Program-made: the position numbers and the translations under genes | Origin: Lama glama | Lineage: Eukaryota | Direction: 5' to 3' | DNA: 64,000 nucleotides | Assembly: GCA_028534125.1 (NCBI GenBank) | Contig: CM052816.1 | Span: forward strand, 54,190,001 to 54,254,000 | In this document: positions 38,100-51,710 of the stretch, in pieces | How positions within the stretch are numbered: position 1 is the stretch's first letter | How the letters are laid out: each line of letters opens with the position of its first letter | The notes under the pieces: generated by a model | What the model was told of the DNA's origin: nothing | The model's database searches: none | What the model saw: the letters and a program-made list of their open reading frames with translations, nothing else

Positions 38100-38780
38100 A
38101 TACTAGGCAGATGAGCTAGATAGCCACTAAAGTCCTTTCTGGTGCTAATGTTTTATGATTCTGTGGTATGTTGGTTAAGAGCTTAAGCTTTGGAAAGGCT
38201 GCCTTGGTTTGAATTTCAGCTCTTCCACTTGTGAACTGTGGAAGCATGGCAAGTTATTTAACCTCTCTCTGTATTTTCTCATCTAAATCTGAGTTTTACA
38301 TTGAAACCCTCTAGGCATGAGGCCCTGGACTAGACTAATGAGAGTGGAAAGGACTATTCAGATGTGAATGATGTCTTGAAAAAGAAATAAGCTGGTTATA
38401 GATTGACTACTGGGGATTAAGAAAGAGAGAAAAGTCAAAGATTAAAATTTCTACTCTGAGGAGCAAAGGTAGTTGAAGGAAGGCATGCTGAGATAAGTTG
38501 AAAGCCAATGGAGCTTGAGTAGATGGCAGTTCATTTAAAAGTGCGTATCCTTGAGCAAGGTAGAACTTGGAGCACAAATCAAAGGTCAGAACTAGAGATA
38601 AAATTTTGGGGTCACTGGCGTAGAGTTGGTAGTTGAGGCCATTAGAATGAATACTCCTACTGAGGAGAATATGTGTAGAAGGAGGAGAGACAAATGCTAA
38701 GAATAGAGCCTTGGTATGATACTTATCCACTGGAGAGAGAGGCAGTAAAAGGATTTCATCCAACAAGGGAGACAAAGAAA
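38100..38780. mobile_element. MIR fragments followed by an L2 fragment
   Basis: ttggtttgaatttcagctcttccactt...ggcaagttatttaacctctct (MIR). gaactagagataaaattttggggtcactggcgtagagttggtagttgaggcc (L2). Confidence 0.7.
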
Positions 38781-39089
38781 TTTGGCCATTTAGAATGCAA
38801 GACTATTGAACTGGAGGCTTTGGAAAATTTTAAAAGTGGTAATAGAACTATGGAGATCATCTGAACAGTATCCATGGGCTGTTAATGGGCTGTTCTACAT
38901 GTAAGGATATGAATTACTTGTGAAAGAATGCAGTTTGATGATTGAATTATTATATTGGTTGTCTAGTAATTCAGGTGCAAGGGTTTGAAGTGGCAGACTT
39001 GTGATATAGGAACATTAGGATTTGGTAGGTCTCTTTCAGGGGATGAATAAAGTTTCCAAAGGGAGGAAGTGGGAAGGAGAAAAAAAATT

Positions 39090-39312
39090 ACTTACTGTAT
39101 GGTAGATGCTGTCTTTGCATTTTACATGTATTAACTTGTTTAACTTATTTAATCTTTACAATTGCCCCCAAAGGTAAGTGTTACTATGCACATTTTATAG
39201 ATAAAAAGTTGGATACATTGTTGAGTAACTCACCCAGTGAATCATAATTAGAAGGAGTGAGTAATTGGAATTCTAGTTAAGATTTCCTTATTCCAAAATA
39301 TGTGTTCTTTCA
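39090..39312 (-). mobile_element. MIR SINE
   Basis: ttatttaatctttacaa...aggtaagtgttactatgcacattttatagataaa...gagtaactcaccca. Confidence 0.7.
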
Positions 39313-40079
39313 TACAATTTATTTAAAAATTTCAACTACATTGTCTTGAATGGAAGAAGAAATGGGAATCATCAGGTGGATCAGAAGCAGTCTACTGAAA
39401 GTGGGAACTTTTGAATTCTTGTGTTTTAAAAATTCATGTAAATTTTGCATTCTGTTCCTTACTTTATATGTGTTTATATTAATATAAAAATAATGTTTTA
39501 AATTACTTAATTTCCCCATCCAGTAAGATGTACCACTTTTTTTAGTGGCTTCAGGTATTCCATGGCATACTGCCCAGTACCTCCTGTGTGTGCACAGCAC
39601 TACATCCTAATTAACTTTTAGTGCCTGGTACATAGTAGGCATTCAGTAAAGAGTTGGTGAATTAATTTACCAAAGGGTCAGTTTCTCATGGAATGGTTTC
39701 AAAAATTTGTCAGAAATGGATGAAGCTTATATCCTTTGAATTACTATGTGGTCAGGTGAAGGAATCTAAGGATATTATACATACAGGGAATCTGAATAGT
39801 ATGTGTAGGGGAGTGTTGGTTTGGTGAGCTTGGCTGTAGAGCTGTCTTAGATGAGAATAAGGTCTACCGTGTGGTTTGGCTGATCGGAGACAGAGTCAGA
39901 GAGAAATCAGAAACTTCAAAGTGAGATTTCTGAATGTTAGAAGGGCCATTCACCTGTATGTGGTGATTGAAAAAGTGGAGATTTAGGAAATTAGCCAGGC
40001 ATTAATGTTAATGATAAAGTCTGATAGCTTTAAAATTTCATCAGACTAGAGATTGCTACCATGTTGTGGTCATGTATTT

Positions 40080-40380
40080 GTCATTCATTCATTCATTCAG
40101 CAAAAACATATTGAGCACTTATGTCAGGCACAGGGCTGGATAAAATGATGGTTGTAAAAATAAAGTAAAAGTTGTACTTGCCTTTAAGGAGCTTATAGTC
40201 TATAGCAGGAAATGAGAGAATATCTGTTATACAAAGCAAAGAGCAATAACAACTGTGAAAGATGCACAAATCAAATATCAGTAAGAAGCTCAAGGAAGGG
40301 AAATTACTTCTTGGGAGAATCAGGAATTGCTCCTGGAGGAGATGATATTTGGGCTGAGTCTTGAAGGATGTATGGATTTG
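40080..40380 (-). mobile_element. L2 3' end
   Basis: cattcattcattcattcagcaaaaacatattgagcacttatgtcaggcac...aggagcttatagtct...tgggctgagtcttgaaggatg. Confidence 0.85.
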
Positions 40381-43300
40381 GTAACTTATAGATGTACTAC
40401 TAATGTGCTTACTAGTGTCTTGGCATCAGTTACTCTCACCTAAGCCAGAGCAAGTAATCTGTAGATTTAGAAGGCAAAATTCACCTGTGGGTTTTTTTTT
40501 TTTTACTGTATATCTGGAATACCCTTCAGAGGTCAAGATGCCTAGGCAAAAACCACATACACCAAGATGTTATATTTTTGTCTCTAAATTTTTCTTTTTC
40601 TATAACAGTTATCAAACCATTTTGTGTTTTCTTGGAAGGAAAAAAATTTGGACATACGCAGTTTTCTGTTGAAGACATCATTAAGTAGCAGAATTTATTA
40701 ACAACTATGGTTGAGCCAAAGGACACATCAACTGATTGTTAGTTCCCTGCCACCAAATGAAGATATATTATCAGTATTTGTGTTAAATATTCCATTTTAA
40801 CAGTGCATATACATATTCATTAGCAGGCAGAATAACCTTAGAGTTTGCACTTTGCAAATGCCTGTTATTTTTCTGAAGTCAGAGCAGGTTCTAAAACTTT
40901 GCATTACCTCCTGCATGTAATCTCAGAGTCTGTCATTCACATGTAGAAAACTCACTTCTCTATTTAGCCCGTGGTTGGTGAGAGATAGACATTTACAGGG
41001 CCCCTCTGCCCTTGAGCTGTTCCATTAGTGCATGGAAAGCACCTTGCAGCCTGTGACAAGCGCAGCAGATCGGCACTAAATCAAAAATCAGTGCCAGCCA
41101 GGGATCTAAGCCACCATGAAGGTCACAGCCATCAACTGCATGCCATCTCAATCCAAACAAAACACATTGGATACAGGGGGATTTTCACAACTCACAATAG
41201 GTGACAGAGACTTCATGTTAGAGTAATCCAGAGCAGTGAAACTGGGAACTGACCTTTTAAGTACTTTTGAGTATTTTATCAAACTTTTAAAAAGCTGGAG
41301 GTAATTATTTATAATAGCTTACATTTTAAAACAAAACGAAATAAAACCTCCTGAGCCATGGGCATGGTGCTACTGTAACCAGGATTCTGATGAAAAAATT
41401 TTTTTGTTTTTGCTATTCATACGCATTTTTAAGAAACAAAATCATCAAAAACTTTATATAAAAATAGATTTCATTTGCCTTCTTGAACTATGTCATTGAT
41501 CCAATATGAAATGAACAATTTGTGTGTTAAATTACTCAGTGTTGCTTATTCTGAGGGTTTATAATTAACATTTATGTTAGATAGTAAATATTAGGACCAG
41601 TCTGACTTTAGTACAACTTTACCTTCAGCAACCCAGTTCAACTGAATTTGAGTCTACATATTAATAGGATTTGTGTACCGTACGGTGAAGGTTTTGAATA
41701 ATATAAACATTATTTAAATATTATGGGTCAAATTCCTTTTCACCTCTAGCTCAAAAAAAAAGAAATCCAAGAGGAAAATATTTCAAAATTAAATTGTAAA
41801 TCCTCTACCCACTTGATGGGTTTTCTTTTATGGCATTCTGAGAATTAATTGCGTAGGTTAATAAGAATTGGAGAGCCAAACAAACTAAGCCAGATTTTGC
41901 TAAATTAACTTGGAAAATGCCTATGCTTTACAAAAATGAAAAACTTATATTCAAAAATTATTTTCATGGTGGAACTACCATATTAATGGGATCTGATTGA
42001 ATTATATCACACTGCTGTAGGGGTGAGTAAGGCAAGGCAAAAGCTTAGTTCTACTTTTGATGAAATATCTGATAGGGAGCTAACATAAGAGATACATAGA
42101 TTATTCCTAACACATTAGCTTTTGTGAATGATATTCAACAGAATAATGGATACAGAGAACAGAGAAAAAAATGACGTACTCTTTACAATCTAATCACGTT
42201 CACAGTGACCAAGACTATTTTTAGAATATGCCATTTTAGAAACAAGTTATTGGGCCCAACTAGCTCTACCACTGAGTGAATTCATGGTTAATTTTCACTA
42301 TCTGGTGAAGTTTCATGAAACTGTAAAATCGAAGTAGTTCAGCAGGAGTGTATGTAATGGAAGAATGCCATCTGCTGGTGAACCCTATCAAATCCATATT
42401 TAATTAGGAAAACCTGAGGACACATGTGCTGCAGATGAGGAAGATTCAAAGTTTGTGGAAGAATTTTTTTTCTTTTGAAAAATCTACTCTCATTTAGCTG
42501 ATGCATACCTGTGGTATACATTCTTCATTTTAAATTGATTACTAATTTCATGGAATCACTAGTCAGTAAAGCCTTGAAAGGAAATGGGTGCAAAGGGCTT
42601 TTTTCTCTTTTTGCCAATTTACAAAGTTTCTGTCTTCATCATTCATCAGTAGTCAGCCAGTGAGTCTGTTCTGTTTAAAAGCTTTGGCTTTTAACTTAAT
42701 GCATCCCATCTGTTTCTGAAATAAATTGCAATAATCCGTGTTTAATTTTAATCAATGTATTACTAAATATGCAAATTATATTAAAAGCCGTGGTTTGAAA
42801 AAGCTTTCATTTGTAAATATGGTAGCTTAAAACAGGAAGCATATCTAAAAGCCATTTAGCTACAGTAGCCTAACTCTAACACTGTAGCTGATTTATAAAG
42901 CAGATCACAAGTTGATCTTTCTCCCACAAGGGGATATGTAAAACTGTTGCATATCAGATTTTGTTAACATTTGATGGGCTAGTGCTAACAGTGTAAGAGA
43001 CTGATACTTCAGCAACCATGTCTTTTACATTTAAATTAAGGTAATCTTATTCCATTCTACATCTCTCTGATTTTTTTTTTCTTTTACACAACCTAACACA
43101 TGAATTTGCGTGATTGGTTTATGAATCACAGTTAAAGCAATTTGAGCAAGCCTTTCAATCAATCTTAAATTTTTAGTGTCTAATTTACTTGTGATTTGCA
43201 TAATTAATTGTGGAAAGGATCCTTTGGGAGTCTCTCTCCCTTTTTCCTTTCCTACCTTGTGTCTCATTCATTGACTAGACAGATTAGGAGTGATACTAGA

Positions 43301-43509
43301 GTTCTTTCAGGCCTGCTAGATGGCTTTGTTAGGAATCCAGAATTCTCTTACAATGCTCTGTCTGATCCGGCTCGACTAAAGGGTAATTTCTGAAAATTAA
43401 ACCTGCTATCTGCAAAACAGTCCATTAACATGACTGTCACTGAACTGTGTATGTACTTTACCAAGCAGTTACCTTAAAGGAGAATTTTGAAATTCTTTCT
43501 TGTGTGCAA

Positions 43510-43979
43510 GTAATCAGTGTATGAGAATTTATGTGTTAGACAATCACGGTCATGTCATGTACTAATTGTACCAGTTTGGGGACTACCTAGAATGCAGCCT
43601 AATCAGTGGGAAGCTGCAACAAAGTTGCAAGAATTTTGTAGCCTGTTGTTAAACACGGTCATCACATAAACTTACATTAAAATAAATTATAAAAACAAAG
43701 GTAATGCTCAAACATCACTTCCCAGTTATTGTGCTATATTTTATTGTTATTTCTGCCCTTAAGCTTATTTATGTCTGTCTGTTATGTCTGCCTGGTGAAA
43801 ATACTAAATAATGATGTGCTACTGGGCATTTTTTCCCAGCTACACATTTAGTAGCATCATATTGGTAAGCTTGTAATTGGCCATGGTGGGAAAATTACAC
43901 CAGAAAAATAGTGAAATGCTGCAAATCAAGACTACCACCCCAACAGAACTGGTTGTTAACCATTTGCCTGCAACCACTG
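43510..43979 (+). mobile_element. MER63-family (hAT-Blackjack) element
   Basis: agcctgttgttaaacac...aaaaacaaaggtaa...catcacttcc...ggccatggtggga...ctggttgttaaccatttgcctgcaaccactg. Left boundary uncertain. Confidence 0.8.
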
Positions 43980-44154
43980 TCTTTAATTATAATACACACC
44001 AACTACATTCACATTCTGTTACTTATTCTTGAGCTCTTCTAAGAAAGTAACAATAGTTTTCACAGACCTTTTACAAAAATCAAAATATATGTATTTGACT
44101 CCCCTGGGAACCTTAGCCCTAATTCTTGTTAAAATTTAAAAGTTAAGTTTTTCC

Positions 44155-45949
44155 ATGGAGAAATTACAACAAATAAAATAGAAATACAGAATATCATACA
44201 AGAATATTCTGAAAAACTATATGGAACCAAACTGGATAACCTAGAGGAGATGGACAAGTTTCGGGAAACATACTGTCCACCAAGACTGAATCAAGAAGAA
44301 GCTGACCACCTGAACAAACCGATCACTAGAAATGAAATCAAAATAGCAATAAAAAACCTCCCTACAAATAAAAAGTCCAGGACCGGATGGCTTCACTGGG
44401 GAATTCTACCAAACATGCAAAGAAGAACTCATACCATTCCTTCTCAAACTCTTCCAGAAGATTGAAAAGGAGGGAATACTCCCAAACTCATTCTATGAAG
44501 CCACCATCACCCTGATACCAAAACCAGGCAAAGACACTACCAAAAAAAGAGAATTATAGGCCAATATCACTGATGAACATAGACACCAAAATCCTCACCA
44601 AAATATTAGCAAATAGAATCCAAGAACACATAAAAAGGATTATACATCATGACCAAGTAGGGNNNNNNNNNNNNNNNNNNNNNNNNNNNNNNNNNNNNNN
44701 NNNNNNNNNNNNNNNNNNNNNNNNNNNNNNNNNNNNNNNNNNNNNNNNNNNNNNNNNNNNNNNNNNNNNNNNNNNNNNNNNNNNNNNNNNNNNNNNNNNN
44801 NNNNNNNNNNNNNNNNNNNNNNNNNNNNNNNNNNNNNNNNNNNNNNNNNNNNNNNNNNNNNNNNNNNNNNNNNNNNNNNNNNNNNNNNNNNNNNNNNNNN
44901 NNNNNNNNNNNNNNNNNNNNNNNNNNNNNNNNNNNNNNNNNNNNNNNNNNNNNNNNNNNNNNNNNNNNNNNNNNNNNNNNNNNNNNNNNNNNNNNNNNNN
45001 NNNNNNNNNNNNNNNNNNNNNNNNNNNNNNNNNNNNNNNNNNNNNNNNNNNNNNNNNNNNNNNNNNNNNNNNNNNNNNNNNNNNNNNNNNNNNNNNNNNN
45101 NNNNNNNNNNNNNNNNNNNNNNNNNNNNNNNNNNNNNNNNNNNNNNNNNNNNNNNNNNNNNNCACACCAGTCAGAATGGCCATCATTCAAAAATCCACAA
45201 ATGACAAATGCTGGAGAGGCTGTGGAGAAAGGGGAACCCTCCTACACTGCTGGTGGGAATGCAGTTTGGTGCAGCCACTGTGGAAAACAGTATGGAGATT
45301 CCTCAAAAGTCTAGGAATACACTTACCATATGATCCAGGAATCCCGCTCCTGGGCATATATCCAGAAGGAACCCTACTTCAGGATGACACCTGCACCCCA
45401 ATGTTCATAGCAGCATTATTTACAATAGCCAAGACATGGAAACAGCCTAAGTGTCCATCAACAGATGACTAGATAAAGAAGAGGTGGTATATTTATACAA
45501 TGGAATATTACTCAGCCATAAAAACTGAGAACGCCATTTGCAGCAATACGGATGCTCCTGGAGAATGTCATTCTAAGCGAAGTAAGCCAGAAGGAGAAAG
45601 TAAAATACCATATGAGATCACTCATATGTGGAATCTAAAAAACAAAAACAAACAAACAAAGCATAAATACAAAACAGAAACGGACTCATAGACATAGAAT
45701 ACAAACTTGTGGTTGCCAAGGGGGCAGAGGGTGGGAAGGGATAGACGGGATTTCAAAATTGTAGAACAGATAAACAAGATTATACTGTATAGCACAGGGG
45801 AATATACACAAGATCTTATGGTAGCTCACAGAGAAAAAAATGTGACAATGAATATAAATATGTTCATGTGTAACTGGAAAATTGTGCTCTACGCTGGAAT
45901 TTGACACAACATTGTAAAATGATTATAAATAAATAAAAATGCTAAAAAA
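44155..45949 (+). mobile_element. Young 5'-truncated L1 spanning an assembly gap, with TSD
   Basis: ORF2 peptides [31 protein letters not shown] and [16 protein letters not shown] aaaagttaagtttttcc (44138-44154) and aaaaattaagtttttcc (45945-45961) at a TT|AAAA site. Confidence 0.96.
44663..45162. other. Assembly gap (500 N)
   Basis: Run of N. Confidence 1.
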
Positions 45950-46789
45950 TTAAGTTTTTCCTACTAGTGTAACAAATTATTTAGAAAATACAGCAAATTG
46001 TTTTTCTCAGTGACTTTATTGTTTTGAAAGGAGGAAAGTTATAACATATTCATAATTTACTTAGCTGTTTGTATCTTGCATATTAATTTAGCAGGCAGTT
46101 TATTGCTGAGTTTACAAGCAATCCTGAGATTAAGTATGCTAGAAAACTAGTTTGTAGAATAAACTCACTGCAATTTTATAAATAGTATAGTCATGCCAAG
46201 GACCATTTTTGTTAAAAATAAATTTATTTCTCTATATAGATGATTTATTAATCATACCTTGGAATGCTTAATAATCAGTATAAACAAATTAAAAACCTCA
46301 GCTTGTGTTCTAAGGTCATTTTCAAACAGGAAGCAACCTCAGCCCATCCTAAGAGGGCTAATGATCTAAAAGTAAGTGGAGTCCCATGGTCTGGGGAACA
46401 CAGCCCAGGTCAGCAAGGCTCTTCTGGTCAATGCACCAATCTGTTCTGCTTCCATAGGCCCTTTGTGCAGCCACATTCCCTGGGAAAGGTGGGCCATCTG
46501 CTGTTGCCTGGCCCTTATGTAAGAATTTTCTGTTTTCATTTTTCTTACTTTTTTCTGTTCTTCTTGGTCTTAAACTCACCGATAAGAAATAACTCATTAT
46601 CTACTAAAAATGTAACCATGGGAAATTATCTTCCCCTAAGCAAAGAGATTTCAGGATCTGTGATACTCTATTTATAAAAAGTTTTCTTAAGTTAAATATT
46701 AATTAAAAATATGTTAAGGTCTGAAGAAAAAAATTTTGATGACTACCTGTATGTCTACTCCTATTGTTTTGTTTTTTTTTTAAGAGCAT

Positions 46790-48880
46790 TTGAAATACCC
46801 TGTGTGCTCATCCCTTCCCTTCATACTTAGAGGTAACCATTATACTGACTTGGAGTTTTCACTTGCTTGCTTTTATTGGCCATTTAAACATATTTTTTCT
46901 TCTGTACAATATATTGACTAATTCTGCATGCTTTTGGTCTTTCTATAAAGAAAATTATACTATATATATTCTTTTGTGACTTTATTGCTTCTATTGTGAG
47001 TCACTACTTTTCACTGTCATATAGTACTTCATTGTATGGATACACTGAAGTTTGTTCAGTATTGATTACTCTGCTATATAGTAAGTCTTAATATAGACAG
47101 AGTAATTTCTCCCACTTCTTTTTTGTCATTCTTTTTTGTCAAGATTGTTTTAGTTATGCTAGGGCCTGTGCCTTTCCATATAGATTTTAGAACAATCTTG
47201 TCTTTGAAAAAAATCTCGCTAGTAGTTTGGTGTGAATTGCATGAAACCATAGACCAATTTGGAGAGATTTGGCATGGTTATTATAATGAGTCTTCCAACT
47301 CATGAACATGCTAATCTCCCAATTGAAATTTTCTTTGACTTTTTAAAATCAGTATTTTGTGATTTTTAGCATATAGATCTTGTATATGTTAAATGTATAA
47401 TTTCATTTTCCTTGGAATGATTATAAATTGTATTGTGTTTTTAATTTCAGTGTTAGCATGTTCATTATTAGTATAATTGATCCTTGTGGGTCCTTTTATA
47501 TTTATTTATGTTTATTTAAATTACTGTTATTTTTAGACTTATTTTAACAATTATATTTAGTGATTTTTATTTGTCCTACCTTTTCTATTTTTCTTTCTTG
47601 TCTTCCTCTGAATCAATCGCATATTTTTTTCTCATCCAGTTTTCTCCTATTAGGAAATTTTATAGGTGATTTGGTAGGTGCTCTGGAACTTGCTTTTGAG
47701 TTCTAACTTATCAAAACCTAACATTAATTACTATCTTTATCCCTCTTCTTAAACATCTAGAGTCCTTAGAATATTTTAACTCTCATCACACCACTCCTGG
47801 CTTTCATGCTTTGATTTATCTGCTATTGTTGTCATGAATTATGATTTTATCTTTTTTGTTTAGCTCCACAAACCATTAATATTGCTATTTTATAAGTATC
47901 GGTATTGGCTTAAATTTAATCACATATATACCATTTTCTTTGCATGTAAGACCTTCCATTTGATATCACTTTCCTTATTTCTGAAGAATATACTTTTGAA
48001 TGTAACTTATCCTTCTATCATTCTGATTTCATGCATGTAAGACTTTCTTACTCTATACACTATGTCTCTTAACCTTTTGTTTATATTTTCTATTTTCTTA
48101 TCTAGATATGTAGATATGTGATTCTGTAGCATTTTGGATAAACTACTGAAATCTATCTTCTAGTTCACTAACTCTCTTTAGCTCTTTTTAATTTACTGTA
48201 GAACTTATTCATTGGGTTTTAAATTTCATTTATTATATATTTTTATTTTTCAAATGTTATAATTCATTTTGTCTTGTTTTTTACTCATTTTAATTCTCTT
48301 ATTTCACTAAAGGTATTAAAATCTTTATATTCTGTAATTAATATTCTAATATCTAAGTTTTCATAAATTTCTATCTGTTCTGTGTTATACTTGCTGGTTC
48401 TTACCAGTGCCTTGTTTTTTCATGTGTTTTATGAATTTTGGTGGCTAGGAGATGATATTTCTTAGAATAACAGGAATTCTCTGAGGCCTCTTTTGAAGGT
48501 AGGCTACTTGAGAGAGGATTTATATTTGCTCCTATTGTATGTCTGGGACCACTTTAAATTCTTGGCTTGAGGTTTTTCAGACCATTTCCATAGTGTGAAT
48601 TCAGGATGCAGACCATGAGAAAGCTGTTGTGGTTATTAATACTTGGGATATTTTTCACTCTCATTTATTCTGCACTAAGGTCAGATGATTTTTCCCTGCA
48701 GTTTTCGTTGGGGGCTTAGAGGAAGGGGATTGGGATTATTTTTAGTGTAACTTTATACAGAAAGTATATTGCTTTGTGGTCTGATCTTCATTGGAGGAAT
48801 CATTTATTATGCTTTATACCTTGTGCAGGCCTTGATCTTTCTCTTCTCTCTCTCAATTCTTAGGAGGTTGTAAACATCTC
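46790..48880 (-). mobile_element. Ancient L1M fragments (composite)
   Basis: T-rich degenerate antisense L1, e.g. ttccatatagattttagaacaatcttgtc, accaatttggagagatttggcat and gagtcttccaactcatgaacatg. Boundaries approximate. Confidence 0.6.
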
Positions 48881-48908
48881 AGCTTAAGTTCATTTAGTTA
48901 GGTATATA

Positions 48909-49195
48909 TAGTAATCCCTTGATATCCTTAGAGAATTTGTTTCAGGACCCCCTTGAAAATACCAAAATTCACAAATGTACAAGTCCCTTATATAAAATGG
49001 TGTAGTGGTTACATATAATCTACTCGCATCCTCCCATATAATTTAAATCATCTCTACATTACTTATAATAACTAATATAAAGTACATGCTGTTTGAATAG
49101 TTGTAAATACAATGTAAATGCTATGTAAATAGTTGCCGGTGTTTGGCAAATTCAAGTTTTGCTTTTTGGAACTTTCTGGGATTTTTTTTTCTGAT
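48909..49195 (+). mobile_element. MER2B-like Tigger MITE, right end missing
   Basis: caggacccc...ataccaaaattc...caagtcccttatataaaatgg...ttaaatcatctcta...ggcaaattcaagttttgctttttggaactttctgg. Confidence 0.85.
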
Positions 49196-49860
49196 TTTTT
49201 TATACATACACACACATATTTTCAGATTCTTTTCCATTATAGCTTATTATGAGAAATTGAATATAGTTCTTTGGGCTATACAATAGGCCTTTGTTGTTTA
49301 TCTATTTTATATATTGGTAGTGTGTATCTGTAGAACCCAAATTCCCAATTTATCCCTCCCCTACTTCCCCCTTTGGTAACCATAAGTTTGTTTTATATGT
49401 CTTTTTCTGTTTTGTGAATAAGTTCATTTGTATCATTTTTTTTTTTTAGATTTCACATATAAGTGATATCATATGGTATTTGTCTTTCTCTGACAATCCC
49501 TAGGTCCATCCATGTTGCTGTAAATGACATTATTTCATTCCTTTTTATAGCTCAGCAATATTCCATTGTGTGTGTGTGTGTGTATGTGTGTGTGTGTGTG
49601 TACACCACATCTTCTTTATCCATTCATCTGTCCATGAACATTTGGGTTGCTTCCATATCTAGCTATTGTAAGTAGTGCTTCTGTGAACATTGGGGTGCAT
49701 GTATCTTTTTGAATTAGAGTTTCCTCTGGCTATATGCCCAGGAGTGGGATTGCAAGATCATACGGTAAGTCTCTTCAGTTTTTTAAGGACTCACCATGCT
49801 ATTACCATAATGGCTGCACCAGACTACATTCCCACCAACAATGTAGGAGGGTCCTTTTTC
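49196..49860 (-). mobile_element. Lineage-specific L1 3' fragment containing (TG)n at ~49567-49600
   Basis: Same 3'UTR as 18028-19070 (aggtccatccatgttgctg; gtgaacattggggtgcatgta; cattcccaccaaca). Confidence 0.92.
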
Positions 49861-50349
49861 TTAGGACTGCTGCTATAGTACTTGCTGAGATATGTCCACA
49901 GAATCACCAAAGCAAGACTTATTCCATGGGGTCCTGCCAGCTGCTAGAGTGAAATCTACTCCCACCCCATACTTTGTTTTACAGCATATGGAGAGTTCTA
50001 TCAGGAGTCATCAGTGAGTTACCATAACCATTTCCCTCTTAGCTGGGCATCTTTTCCTTTTCCTCCTCACTGGATTGAGGTTGGCTGGGAGATGGTCTTA
50101 AAGATTGCTTATGTTTTACCTGTGTTTTATCTTGTGAATTTGTTCTCTGTGTAAAGGCCTAGTTATGTAGAGGAAAAGAACCTACTCTTGTTTCCTTCCT
50201 GTGAGGAGAAAATTAATCTTAATCAGATTGTCATAAATTTCCTTTCCCAGGGGTTGTTAAGTTCCATTTTAAAGTCTTATTAGATCCAAACTGGGTTTAT
50301 GAGGACGTTGAGTATTATCATTGTTACTATTGCTGTTATTATTATTATA

Positions 50350-50545
50350 TTGGTGCATTTTTTGGATGTTACTATGTACGAGGTATTGTGCTAATTTTAG
50401 ACAAACTCTTTGAAATGGGTACTATTACTATCCTCATTTTACAGGAATTTTGACTTAGAGAGATTAAGTAATTTATCTGATGCAGCAGAGCCAGGGTTCA
50501 AATCCATACTTGCTTGTAACCAGTTCTTTGTGCTGTATCACCTCG
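50350..50545 (-). mobile_element. MIR SINE
   Basis: tgaaatgggtactattactatcctcattttacag...gacttagagagattaagtaattt...gcagagccagggttcaaatcca. Confidence 0.8.
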
Positions 50546-50584
50546 CTATCAGTATTAGAACAACCTGTCTAAAACCTTTAAAAC

Positions 50585-50745
50585 CTTGCTATTCAGAGTG
50601 TAGTCCACAGACCAGCTGCAAAGGCATCACCTGATTGCTTATTACAGTGGCAGAATCAGCCCCATCCTAGACCTTTTAAGTCATAATCTGCTTTTGACAA
50701 GATGCTCACTTGATTTCTATGCACATTAAAGTTTGAGAAGCACTT
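50585..50745 (+). mobile_element. MER5A-type hAT MITE
   Basis: gtgtagtccacagaccagc...ggcatcacctg...gcagaatc...tgatttctatgcacattaaagtttgagaagcact. Confidence 0.85.
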
Positions 50746-51188
50746 CTGTGAAAAGGAACATTAAAGAGGCAAATTTGCTTGATTAGGGAAGGCATTCTGG
50801 AGGTAAGACATGAACTGTTAGAAGAAGGGTAATTTCACCTTTTGTTTATAGGTGGTGTGTAGTAATACCAAAAAAGTACTTCTGAGAAAAAGTGAGCAAA
50901 CAAAAACTTCTCCAGTTTTCTAGGCATTACCTGATTGGTCAGTGTAATTATCTGGACCTCATTACAGAACACATAGGAGATATTCAATAAATACTTTAAA
51001 CTGTTTTAAGATATGACATGCAAACATACCCATCTGCCTTCAGAATACATTTTTAGTTCTGATCCCACTACATATTTCCATCTATTTTATACTCCAGTCT
51101 TACTAAATAATCCCTCATTACCTTACTCATTCATCCTTAGAACATACTTACTGAGCTCCTACACTAACTACACGTTGTGGAAGTAGTG

Positions 51189-51710
51189 TGTATTGACTGT
51201 ATTTTCTTGTTTTTTGTATTCTTGATGCTTTGGCATTTGGGACCTTGATCCTAAAGAATTTGCTCCTCCCAGGGCTAGCTAATTCCTGGAGATAGCAAAC
51301 AGTTCCCCTTCAAGCATGCTTTTGATATACAATCCAACCAGTCCAGAACCTGGACCCAACATCTACTCTGTCAAACTCTCATACATCAAGCCTTTATTTC
51401 CCTTGGTCCTAAAACTCCTCAGGACTAGGTACTGGACAAGTAAGGACCAGAGGCCCACTGAAATTATTGAAACTCTCTAAACCTGAACTTACTCAGTGTA
51501 CCTAGCATTCTTTTACCCTTTTCTTCCCAGGAAAATTCCAGAAAAGGCCCTAGGCCAAGCTCTCCCCACTTCCCCTCCTGCCTCCTGACCAACGTTGGTG
51601 CTTTCCTGTGTGGCCCTGAACTTCTTCTTTCATCATGATCATTTCTGTGTTTTCACTAAGGTGTCTTACCATACTTGATTAAAACAAATCCCCGATACAT
51701 TTTTAGAGCG
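51189..51710 (+). mobile_element. Solo ERVL LTR (MER74-like) inserted in an L2
   Basis: ttgttttttgtattcttgatgct...ctcccagggctagctaattcctggagatagcaaac...aaaacaaatcc. 5-bp flanks tagtg and cagtg. L2 sequence continues on both sides (~51125-51188 and 51711-51770). Confidence 0.8.

Noticed and set aside
44573..45472. 299-aa ORF and overlapping minus-strand ORFs
   Set aside because: Their length comes from reading through Ns. The real residues are L1 ORF2.
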